A DNA stretch of 50,179 nucleotides, taken from the IMG/VR virus record IMGVR_UViG_3300043652_000004, positions 1 through 50,179 of that record, one strand, 5' to 3'. Shown here one piece after another: positions 8,939 through 17,540 of the stretch. This DNA is from a virus (taxonomy: Duplodnaviria > Caudoviricetes). The position numbers and the translations under genes are program-made. The notes under the pieces were generated by a model. That model had not been told where the DNA came from, ran no database searches, and saw only the letters and a program-made list of their open reading frames with translations. Within the stretch, counting starts at the first letter, position 1; each line of letters begins with the position of its first letter.

Positions 8939-9490
8939 TCACTCTCCTTTCGCGGGCTGTGGGGCGGCGGCATCCGCCATTCGTTCGGCGTCAGTAACGT
9001 TGCGGTGGCCGCACAAGTCGCACACGCTCGGCTGCCCCTGTGCGCCTTGCTCGGGGCGCGGTTTGGATGCTCCGAATCGGCGTAACACGGATTTCGCAAT
9101 ATCCAGAAATTCATCTTCGCTGCAAAACAGCAAAAATTCTTCCTCGACTGCAAATCGTTTCAATTCATCGTCGCTAGGCTCCGCCCGCTCACCCTCGCGC
9201 GCTTGTGCATCACCGCTAGGCGGCGGGCACATCACTGTGTGATATTCAGACGTTCCGGGGTGAATTGAATAGTAAAACGGCGATTTGGCAGGATCACCCT
9301 CGCGCGCGTCGTGGGCGGCTAGAGCGTCAAGGGCAAATTGAAATCCTTGCTTGCCCGTGAACACGGGGCTTTCCCTGCCCTCGGAATCACACGGCAAGAG
9401 TTCCTGCGGATACGCGCCGCGGTCGGCCATACTTTTGAATATTTTGACGCAATGGCGCAACGCCTCGGCCAGTTTCGATTCGCGGGTCAT
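8939..9490 (-). CDS. Hypothetical protein
   Basis: AAGGAG RBS; ATGA overlap; 183 aa. Confidence 0.65.
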   Translation of the reverse strand: MTRESKLAEALRHCVKIFKSMADRGAYPQELLPCDSEGRESPVFTGKQGFQFALDALAAHDAREGDPAKSPFYYSIHPGTSEYHTVMCPPPSGDAQAREGERAEPSDDELKRFAVEEEFLLFCSEDEFLDIAKSVLRRFGASKPRPEQGAQGQPSVCDLCGHRNVTDAERMADAAAPQPAKGE

Positions 9491-9663
9491 GACACATTCT
9501 CCTTGTGTGCTTCCTCGATCTGCTCGGCCGTGGCCTCGATTAGAATACGCTTTGCGTACTGCTTCGGCACGGTGCCCGCCATCTGGGGCGGGCTATAGAA
9601 TACATCCCTCGTAACCTCGGTAAAAGGACAGTTCGGCGCGGCGATTTCGTATATCAGCTTCAT
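9487..9663 (-). CDS. Hypothetical protein (58 aa, not in ORF track)
   Basis: MKLIYEIAAPNCPF...HKENVS*; ATGA overlaps at both ends. Confidence 0.6.
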   Translation of the reverse strand: MKLIYEIAAPNCPFTEVTRDVFYSPPQMAGTVPKQYAKRILIEATAEQIEEAHKENVS

Positions 9664-10127
9664 CCCAGTAGCTCCTCGTAGATTTGGGGTACATGTACGG
9701 CCTCGAACGCTTCGTCACTCACTGGCCGGTCGCCTTGCGCAAGGTACGCATTGCACGCGCCCGATACCAAAAACTTGTCTGGATGGTCGAACGCACCCAT
9801 GTACTCGGCGGCACGTTCTATTAGTCGTGGGTAGTCGTCTACAAGGTCTACGCCATTGTTGCGCGCGTAGGCCGCCAGTAACACGACACACGGCAGGCCG
9901 TCTACCGGTACTTCCTCCGACGCTAACTGCTCCCCATCGCGCCACACGGCCTTTAGCATGTCACGCGTTTCGATAGAGCAGTTGCCGAGGAATCGCTCTA
10001 CCGTGAACCGTTCGATGGCGTGCTTGAAAAAGTCATCACTTGACATTGTGCGCACGGGGTTGTCGTCACGGGCCAAGCGCGGGCGACGTGGGGCTGAGTC
10101 ATCTTCCTGCCTGCGTCGGCGGCTCAT
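9660..10127 (-). CDS. Hypothetical protein
   Basis: ATGA overlap; 155 aa. Confidence 0.65.
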   Translation of the reverse strand: MSRRRRQEDDSAPRRPRLARDDNPVRTMSSDDFFKHAIERFTVERFLGNCSIETRDMLKAVWRDGEQLASEEVPVDGLPCVVLLAAYARNNGVDLVDDYPRLIERAAEYMGAFDHPDKFLVSGACNAYLAQGDRPVSDEAFEAVHVPQIYEELLG

Positions 10128-10291
10128 GACAATAGCCTCGTTAGTCCGAACCCTATGGCCATGCCCGCGGCTGCTATCGCCGCGCTCACTAGGTACCCAG
10201 TCATTTGGCCCACTTCGTACCCAGACTGCCAGTCCTGCGCGCTTGCGTTGTAATACATGTCACGCAGGTATTTCCGCCACAGGTAGTTCAT
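10124..10291 (-). CDS. Small membrane protein
   Basis: C-terminal hydrophobic helix; coupled overlaps; start uncertain. Confidence 0.5.
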   Translation of the reverse strand: MNYLWRKYLRDMYYNASAQDWQSGYEVGQMTGYLVSAAIAAAGMAIGFGLTRLLS

Positions 10292-10485
10292 CACGACAGT
10301 ACCCTCCCCATTATCACGATTGTGAGTACGGCGCCGCTGATAATCCATACTACGGCCATCAGTAATTGCCGCCCGAAGTGCTTGTTTCTACGTCTCGGCG
10401 TTGTGCCGTCGATATGGTGTAGCAATCCTAGCCGACTGTATTCTGTCAGTATGTCGCTTCCTCGCTTTGTCCTCATTTGGTTCAC
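10291..10485 (-). CDS. Small membrane protein
   Basis: Basic N-terminus and C-terminal TM helix. Confidence 0.5.
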   Translation of the reverse strand: MNQMRTKRGSDILTEYSRLGLLHHIDGTTPRRRNKHFGRQLLMAVVWIISGAVLTIVIMGRVLS

Positions 10486-10708
10486 CCCATCGCTGTTGTT
10501 TCACCCTTGCCCGATACTTCTTTAACTTTTCGTTTCTCCCGGGTATCTGCAAGTAGCGCAGTACCGTTATGTTCATCTGTAAATCACAATCGCTGCACAC
10601 TGGCCTCCAGCCGTTGTTGTCCGCGCATATACTCCATTGGTAGCGCGCTGGTGCGTTGCATCGCACGCATTTCATTTTCCGCAGGGCGGCTTCTGTGTAG
10701 GGTCGCAT
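10388..10708 (-). CDS. Zinc-finger-like protein
   Basis: CVRC...C...CSDC. Confidence 0.6.
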   Translation of the reverse strand: MRPYTEAALRKMKCVRCNAPARYQWSICADNNGWRPVCSDCDLQMNITVLRYLQIPGRNEKLKKYRARVKQQRWGEPNEDKARKRHTDRIQSARIATPYRRHNAET

Positions 10709-10711
10709 TCT

Positions 10712-10767
10712 TGTAATTGGGTAGTTGCATGGCCCGCCAAGCATAGCGGCGCACCTAAGCAGTTACA
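10712..10767. promoter_or_regulatory. Inverted pair of 17-bp operator-like motifs
   Basis: TGTAATTGGGTAGTTGC ... GCACCTAAGCAGTTACA, at the head of the accessory/replication gene block. Confidence 0.5.
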
Positions 10768-10840
10768 AGCGTGCCGGCCGCCAGCGGTCGCGACCCTGCT
10801 AGCCCGTGCTAGCAGGCTGCCGCAATGCCGCCTAGCAGGC

Positions 10841-10865
10841 CCGCGCGGGCCGAGCCGCTAGGGTA
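10841..10865. repeat. 25-bp dispersed intergenic repeat (copy 1)
   Basis: CCGCGCGGGCCGAGCCGCTAGGGTA; 24/25 identical to 41436-41460. Confidence 0.85.
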
Positions 10866-10934
10866 CCAGCGACCCTATGCCCGCGCGGGCCACTGGCACG
10901 CAGGCGTACGCGCTGGCGTAGCGTTAAACTTTCG

Positions 10935-11396
10935 TTAAAGCAGGTCTGCTGGCTGTTTACCCAGCCCGGCATGGTCGTGACTATGCAGGCGCGTGCGAAT
11001 GCTCGCCTTACTTAGCGCAGGGGCATGAATGGGATGGTCCCACAGCGGTCCAGTGTCTTCTTCACCCAATACGACCATCATGCAACTGTTTATCAGCTTG
11101 CGTACTCCGGCCTGCCTGTCCTCTTCACCAAGGTTGAGTAATTCTGCCTCGGTAGTAGTGTGGCGGAACTTGCTTACTTCGATACCCGGCACCGGCTTGC
11201 CAGCAAAATTCACTACCTTGGCCAGCGCGATTATCGTTAACTCACCCGATTCCTTCTCAACGATGGTATGGAATCCCACGGCCACGAATTCCCCAGTATT
11301 CAGCTTTACTACATGGGCGGGCACCCGAATCGGGTTTACCCCATCCAGGGTTGTGTCTATACCTACAACCGGCAGGTTTGTCTTTTCGTAGTTCAT
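10935..11396 (-). CDS. Hypothetical protein, last gene of the tail operon (possible tail-tip chaperone)
   Basis: ATGA coupling to the 1904-aa tail gene. Confidence 0.7.
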   Translation of the reverse strand: MNYEKTNLPVVGIDTTLDGVNPIRVPAHVVKLNTGEFVAVGFHTIVEKESGELTIIALAKVVNFAGKPVPGIEVSKFRHTTTEAELLNLGEEDRQAGVRKLINSCMMVVLGEEDTGPLWDHPIHAPALSKASIRTRLHSHDHAGLGKQPADLL

Positions 11397-14300
11397 TGTT
11401 TGTGTATCCCTGAGTTGTGCGATGCTACTCGGTGCGACGCTTCTCCACCGGCCATGTACGATACGCCGCCCACGTTTATTCTTACCAGCCAGCCATCGCC
11501 CGTTAGTGTCGCGCTTATCACCCTTTCCATGCCCCAGTCAGTTACTACCGACTGACCAAGCATTTCTGTTGCCAGCTTCGTTTCGCCGCTTGGCAAGTCG
11601 AATGGGGTATCTAAGCCGCCTATCCACGCCGCGCCACGATCTGTAATCAGGCGTATGCGTGGTCCCCAGTAACGCTGCAAGCCTTGTATTGTTCTGCTGT
11701 GCTTACCTGCCGACGTTGGCAAGTCGATGCAATCTATAACGCTGTAACCGGGTACGGCGTCCTTGGCTTGCAGCATACTGGTCAGCCACATTTCCTCACC
11801 TACGCAGTATCCGCCACCGCCGCCGCCGCCGCTACCACTGCCCGATCCACTTGCGGGTATCGTTACGTCACCCGATCCTATGTACACTACACCATCCGAA
11901 TCGACGAGATTACTTTGGTCTGTGGTGGCTATCAGCGTTTGCGAGCCGCCGATGCCGTAGGGGTCAACAAAATAGAAGTACCAAGTCTGCGTAGTACCGC
12001 GCGTCTGAGTCTTGGTAACGCTTGCCGTCGAGTACGATACCTGTGCCGAGCCACCCAGAAACGTACAAGCCGCACAAGTGAACACTATGCTGGCAGGAGT
12101 CGCCGTGTTGTACGTGTACGAAATGGGAGTAGCCGTAAGCAGTGACCGTACGCCAAGCCAGTTGATAGGCAGCAAGTTATTCTGGTCTCCCAATTTACTA
12201 CCACTGCCCTTCGTGTCGAGCTGACTGGGGCCGGGCACCCAGTGACTCGGTGCGGTTATACCGCCCTGCTGCTTCTCAACCATGAATCGATCTGTGTAGA
12301 TAACGCTGGTGCTGTCGCCCAGCCCAGCCCGGTTAGCCCGAATGAAAAAGTGACACCGCTTGGCATTGGTAGGCTGAGCAGAAGTGTCGATGACAGCGCT
12401 GTACCGCGTACTAGGATTGTTACCCGCCCCCACCTTGAACCCTGGGCTGAAGTAGTAGGTACCATCTTCATACATAAACCCTACGTCTACATTAGTCAGT
12501 CCGGCAAGCAGTGACGTAGCCACGGCGTAAAACGATACGATGTACTTGCCCGGATAGAGTTCGAGATTGAATGAAGAACCCGATGGAGCGAACCGGGTTG
12601 CATCTTGCGTGTAGGTACTTATCGACGTGAATGCGAGATACGACCCACCCGCTGCGTCGCCAAACGCGCTGGAAATGTAGTTGTGCGTACCCGGTGGGCT
12701 ACTCTTGATGATAAGTGGCAAGTTCGCGCCCGGCGCAAAGTAGGTGTATTGCGATGGAAGAATGTTCGCGCTGTTCATACCGCTTACTTGGTTTTGAATA
12801 AGCGCGCGGTTGTATATGGCGTCGAGCAGGCTCGACTTGGTAGTCCACACAGCTTGGAATTTAGACCGGAAGGTCGTGCCGACAATCGTGGTATTGCCGC
12901 TCATGTTGTTCCACGCTACCGGGGTGGTCAACGTGGCAAGGTACGCCGTTAACGCGGTAATGGCGTTGTCATAGGCTGTCTTTTCTGTGGCTGTACCCCA
13001 CGCATCCGCTTGGGCGTCGATACCCGACTTTTCAGCAATTATCACATTATAGTCTGTAACTACCGTGGTCTTTTCGGTTTTGCTCAGGTTGTTGTCGCTC
13101 GCAATCGTGGCCAGTGCCGCCGATGCGGCTGCCGCTGCCGCCGCTGCTTCGGTCACCGCTTCACCCAGTGCTGCTGTCACTGCACTAGGGTCCGTCTGGT
13201 CGGGCACCAGTAAGTCTTCACTCGTCGTCATTACGCTGCCGATACCCGATGCGTTTACCGCCGCGACGCGCGCGGTGTACAGCCCGGCTAGCACGTTGTT
13301 CAACTGATACATCAAGCCCTTTTGTGGCGGCAGAGTTATCCAGTTACCGTTATCCTTGCGATATTGCAACGTGTACTTGACTGCGTTCGGCGTACTGGCC
13401 CACGATATGAATAGCGTAGTACCAGCCGACACTTGATGCACAGTCGGGAATGCCTCGAGAATAACTACGCTGGGCGCAGCCTGCGCACTTGGCGGTACTA
13501 CACTAATGGGCGGGGTAAGAATAGGCGTGCCGAGATCGATGGCATCGTACTTACTTTGATTCACCGCCGCGGCGGTTACACTCACGACCATGCCCGCGCC
13601 CGTGTCGTCTGTACTGTCCTCCGATACCGACACGATTCTAAACTGCTGGGCTACCAGCGACGTTTTCTCGACCAGCCATACCGACTGCGGCAACGGCGCT
13701 ACGGTGAACGGTGTAGTAACGTGCAACGTGCGCCCGCCGATAATGCTGGTTATGGTGCGGCTTTGCGTAGTACCGTCTGGCATCACGCAAGTCAAGGTGT
13801 CCCCCACGCTTATCGACCCTACGCTTACGGCGCTCGCCAGTGCGGCGTTATCCAAATGCACGTTTACTGCATAGGTTTGTACTCCCTGCTTATGCAGGCT
13901 TGCTTGCAACGTGGTACCCGCTACTGCGAACGCACCCGTGTAAGTCTGCGTACTCGGTACGTGCGCGCCACCTATCGCAGCGGCCAGAGTCGTGGGGTCG
14001 AGAGTTATGTTGGCGGTAAGCGTGCGATGTACGTTGCCGATGGCAGCGGCTAACGTTGTATCTGCCATTGTCGCCAGCAGCGAAAAGTTTTCTGTCTCGA
14101 ACGTGCCGGTATCGTAGCTGTCCCGAATACTGCGCATTGTTGTTATGCTTTGCGTAGCTACTTCGCCACCTGTTGTGTCCTTCGTACGGAACACGATGCC
14201 GGCCATGGAATAGTCGTGCTTTATCCACACCACGGTGCCGAAGCTGCCAGCCATCCAGTAGTCGCCCGTTACCGGCTCGATCCAGAGACCCCACTCGTAG

Positions 14301-17107
14301 TGCCACGGCTCGTCCGGGAATATGGGTGAATGTACGACGCTGGTAGTGGGGAAGTATTCGCTCGCTTCGACGGGCACCCACGCAGGGTCATCCAGCAGCC
14401 TACGCCACTCTGTCAACGTACCATCCATCAACTTCTGCGCAATCGTTGTCAGTACCGGGTAGCTGCATTGCACGCCACCGGCAGGCATGGGGGATGAACA
14501 TACTAGCTGCGTGCCCGTGATACCGTAGAGCGTGCGGTACGCAACAGCCATGTCCGACCGCTTGTACAGCGGCAGGTTCATCTGCGTGTCCATGTGCTTT
14601 TGCAAGTGCATGGAGTCGTACGAGAACAAACCGATATCAGCCCCATTGCCCGAGCCGAATGTCGCCAAACACTGATCTACAGTTTGGTTGGGGTTCTGTG
14701 GGTCGCAAGTGCGCCCGTTAGCGGTATCGTAACCGCTAATCATTACGCAGTAGTTCCAGTCTGTTATTGTAAATGGGTTGCCCGCATCCGCACGAACCTG
14801 GCACGCCCAGCCCACGTATATAGATTTGGACACCGATGCGACCGCGGCTACGTCCGTATCCAACGGTATGGGGTGGGTTCCGTCGGCCACACCGCCGCTG
14901 CAAATAACTCCAGCTGTGTTGAATAGGCGCCAGTGGAAGCTATACCCGCCATCCGCATTCGCTGCCGCCGTTGCCGCTGCGATGCGCTGCGCTTGCGATA
15001 TGCCCGGTGCGACAGTAGCCGCTAGCGCCGTAGATGCGAGCGTGGCTGATAAGTCGTAGTCTTCCTCGAACGTATCGCCCAGTCCCTCGACGGCGCTCAG
15101 TAACGTGGTGTCTGCAAGGGTCTGTGCAAGCGTAAAGGTTCTATTACCACTGCCGCCCAGCGTAGCGGCTAGCGTCGCGCTAACGGTCTTGGCCAGCGAC
15201 AATGCGTGGCCCTCTACCATACCTGCCGCTACGCTCGCGCCCGCTAATGTCGCGGCTAGAGTAAGCTGCTTTATGCTCGCTATGGCCGCCGCGACACTCG
15301 CGCCCGCCGTCGTTGTCGCCAGCGAGTAAGTCTCCTGCGGTATCGGTATATACGTGATGACTATGACGCCTTGCGCACCATCACCAGTCACACCCGTATT
15401 GCTACTGCCGCCCGCGCCTCCGTACAGCCCACCATTGCCCGCTGCGGTCGTCGCATTGCCCGCGCCACCGCCACCGCCGCTACCTGCCGAGCCCCATTCA
15501 GTACCCGCCGCACCGTTGTTGAATGCTGTGCCGCCCGCACCACCAGCGCCCGCACCACCAGCGCCGCCCGCATTGGTCGCAGTAACACCGGGCTGCCCTG
15601 CACCACCCGGCCCGCCAGCGCCACCGCTACCGCCACCGGCCGCGCCCGCACCACCAGCATAGGTAATATCCCCCACGCTGGTAGCGCCGCTGCCGCCGCC
15701 TCGGGCAAGAACGGTACTGGGGGATACAAACCAAGTGTCCCCACCATCGTTAATATCTGTTGTCGTCGATCCCTCGCCACCCTCGCCAATCTGGTAACTT
15801 ATTACGTCACCGGGCGTCAACGACAAGGCGTCTACCCGTGCGTAATCGCCGCCTGCTACTCCCACTGGGGGTACACGCAACCGACCGCCGCGACCGCCGC
15901 CGATGCACTCTACCTTGGCAGTCAAACAATCCGACGGCACTGTCCAGGGTGTTGAGTCATCTGTCAGTATAATCTGGGTACCGCTCGGGTTAATGTCTAC
16001 GAACGTTGCTGCCAGCGATGCACCTACCGTCTTGGCCAGCGTGAATGTCGTGACTACCGGTGCCGTACCTGCCAATGCCGCTGCCAACGTGGCGTCTGCC
16101 AACGTGGCGGCGAGCGTGTTAGGGTGTCCCACCGCAGCGGCGGCTGCTAAGGCGGTACCAGCAGTAGTCACCGCCAGTGCGAAACCATGCCCGTTAATCA
16201 GGGCTACATTTACAGTGGCGTCAGCTAGCGTTGCGACCAGTGTGTCAGTGTACGAATGCGTCAAGGCCAACGCTGATGCGACTGTGGTGCCAGCTAGCGT
16301 TGCGGCTAGGGTGTCCGTAAGTTCCTTAATCAGCGATGCTGACACGCCTACTGGGTCAGTTGTTGCGTCCAGCGAGTAGTTATCCCCTTCGTTAAATGCC
16401 GCTGCCAATGCTGCGCCTGCCGTGGCACTGAATGTATAAGTCACTAGTGGGGTGTACTCTATAACAAGCAGGCCGTCACCACCCGCGCCGCCGTTATGCC
16501 CTTTCGATCCACCACCGCCCGCTCCGGGGCCACCTGCACCGCCGTTCGTGCTTAGGCTGCCCGCGCCGCCGCCACCGGGGCCGGTCGAGCCCCATTCACT
16601 GCCTGTGCCGCCGTTTGCGCCGCCTGTAGCGCCGCCTGCGCCGCCTGCGCCACCATCGCCAGCCCCGCCGACAATGCCCGCCCCACCGTTACTCCCGTTT
16701 GCGGCTGGGCCTGCCGCGCCGCCGCCGCCACTGGTGGGCGTGCCGCCTGTATGTACGCCACCGATGGCAGTGTCTCCACTGCCCGCGCCTTTGCCTAGGC
16801 ACTGGGTCGTCCCGGTATTGTCCTTAATCCAGGTACTTGTTCCGTTGTTGTGGGTCGTTAAACTTGCGGTGCCTGCGCCACCTGTCCCCACGTTAAAGTC
16901 TGTACCTGCCGACAATACCGCGCCGATGGTAAGCGCAAGGTTCGAGAACTCGGAGTAATCGCCACCGATGCCGCCGCCGCCACTAGCGGCGACGTTTATG
17001 CCAGACTGACCACCGCCAAGGCAGCGAATCGTGTTCGCTCCATTATTCCAGTCCGACGGCACTGTCCATGTGCCGTCTGCACTGGTAAGTATTACCCGAG
17101 TTGTCAC
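11393..17107 (-). CDS. Multidomain tail protein: 2 Gly-rich domains + Ala/Thr repeats + SxxK serine hydrolase + C-half of lambda-J-like tip protein (FN3, helical and CBM-like regions) + C-terminal Hint domain
   Basis: WTVPSD..GGG Gly-rich domains; ASVSK; GDTLTCVMPDG..QSRTI...PQSVW....L..QQFRIVSVSE (J-type); C...SHN Hint. Confidence 0.85.
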   Translation of the reverse strand: MTTRVILTSADGTWTVPSDWNNGANTIRCLGGGQSGINVAASGGGGIGGDYSEFSNLALTIGAVLSAGTDFNVGTGGAGTASLTTHNNGTSTWIKDNTGTTQCLGKGAGSGDTAIGGVHTGGTPTSGGGGAAGPAANGSNGGAGIVGGAGDGGAGGAGGATGGANGGTGSEWGSTGPGGGGAGSLSTNGGAGGPGAGGGGSKGHNGGAGGDGLLVIEYTPLVTYTFSATAGAALAAAFNEGDNYSLDATTDPVGVSASLIKELTDTLAATLAGTTVASALALTHSYTDTLVATLADATVNVALINGHGFALAVTTAGTALAAAAAVGHPNTLAATLADATLAAALAGTAPVVTTFTLAKTVGASLAATFVDINPSGTQIILTDDSTPWTVPSDCLTAKVECIGGGRGGRLRVPPVGVAGGDYARVDALSLTPGDVISYQIGEGGEGSTTTDINDGGDTWFVSPSTVLARGGGSGATSVGDITYAGGAGAAGGGSGGAGGPGGAGQPGVTATNAGGAGGAGAGGAGGTAFNNGAAGTEWGSAGSGGGGGAGNATTAAGNGGLYGGAGGSSNTGVTGDGAQGVIVITYIPIPQETYSLATTTAGASVAAAIASIKQLTLAATLAGASVAAGMVEGHALSLAKTVSATLAATLGGSGNRTFTLAQTLADTTLLSAVEGLGDTFEEDYDLSATLASTALAATVAPGISQAQRIAAATAAANADGGYSFHWRLFNTAGVICSGGVADGTHPIPLDTDVAAVASVSKSIYVGWACQVRADAGNPFTITDWNYCVMISGYDTANGRTCDPQNPNQTVDQCLATFGSGNGADIGLFSYDSMHLQKHMDTQMNLPLYKRSDMAVAYRTLYGITGTQLVCSSPMPAGGVQCSYPVLTTIAQKLMDGTLTEWRRLLDDPAWVPVEASEYFPTTSVVHSPIFPDEPWHYEWGLWIEPVTGDYWMAGSFGTVVWIKHDYSMAGIVFRTKDTTGGEVATQSITTMRSIRDSYDTGTFETENFSLLATMADTTLAAAIGNVHRTLTANITLDPTTLAAAIGGAHVPSTQTYTGAFAVAGTTLQASLHKQGVQTYAVNVHLDNAALASAVSVGSISVGDTLTCVMPDGTTQSRTITSIIGGRTLHVTTPFTVAPLPQSVWLVEKTSLVAQQFRIVSVSEDSTDDTGAGMVVSVTAAAVNQSKYDAIDLGTPILTPPISVVPPSAQAAPSVVILEAFPTVHQVSAGTTLFISWASTPNAVKYTLQYRKDNGNWITLPPQKGLMYQLNNVLAGLYTARVAAVNASGIGSVMTTSEDLLVPDQTDPSAVTAALGEAVTEAAAAAAAASAALATIASDNNLSKTEKTTVVTDYNVIIAEKSGIDAQADAWGTATEKTAYDNAITALTAYLATLTTPVAWNNMSGNTTIVGTTFRSKFQAVWTTKSSLLDAIYNRALIQNQVSGMNSANILPSQYTYFAPGANLPLIIKSSPPGTHNYISSAFGDAAGGSYLAFTSISTYTQDATRFAPSGSSFNLELYPGKYIVSFYAVATSLLAGLTNVDVGFMYEDGTYYFSPGFKVGAGNNPSTRYSAVIDTSAQPTNAKRCHFFIRANRAGLGDSTSVIYTDRFMVEKQQGGITAPSHWVPGPSQLDTKGSGSKLGDQNNLLPINWLGVRSLLTATPISYTYNTATPASIVFTCAACTFLGGSAQVSYSTASVTKTQTRGTTQTWYFYFVDPYGIGGSQTLIATTDQSNLVDSDGVVYIGSGDVTIPASGSGSGSGGGGGGGYCVGEEMWLTSMLQAKDAVPGYSVIDCIDLPTSAGKHSRTIQGLQRYWGPRIRLITDRGAAWIGGLDTPFDLPSGETKLATEMLGQSVVTDWGMERVISATLTGDGWLVRINVGGVSYMAGGEASHRVASHNSGIHKQ

Positions 17108-17123
17108 AGCCTACCCCTTGTTA

Positions 17124-17528
17124 TCAAGCGTTACCTTCGGTAAGGGTGAAGCTGGTGATTGTCTCAGTGTCGCCTACGCCAACGGTCGTGCTCGATGCGA
17201 TCATGTCGCCACCGCCGCCCGAAGTCGTGACCGTACCCTGCATGTGACAGGTTGTGGCGCCCGAATCAAGAATGCGGAAGTAACCGACAGTGCCCGCATT
17301 CGTCGCGGTACCAGTCCAGGAACCCGACAAGGACTTTACGCCGCCCGATGCGGCACTTAGCCAGTCCGACGGCAATGTCAATTCTGCAAGCAGCGTACCG
17401 GTCTGCGTTGCAGCGCAGTTTGCCGGGGCCGAACCTGAAAGCAAGCGCAGCTTGGGGGCAGTACCTATGGTGGACTCGGTAACATCCGCCCGAGCATTGC
17501 GTACCGCGGTTGAAAATTGCAAAGCCAT
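17124..17528 (-). CDS. Small beta-rich virion structural protein (134 aa)
   Basis: AGGAG RBS; RNA..D...LRLLSGSAPA...GTLLAELTL...GYFRI pattern resembling phage fibre-associated proteins. Confidence 0.7.
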   Translation of the reverse strand: MALQFSTAVRNARADVTESTIGTAPKLRLLSGSAPANCAATQTGTLLAELTLPSDWLSAASGGVKSLSGSWTGTATNAGTVGYFRILDSGATTCHMQGTVTTSGGGGDMIASSTTVGVGDTETITSFTLTEGNA

Positions 17529-17540
17529 GACTCTACACTC

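Noticed and set aside
11393-17107. Diversity-generating retroelement or invertible tail-fibre switch
   Set aside because: No reverse transcriptase, invertase or template/variable repeat pair was seen
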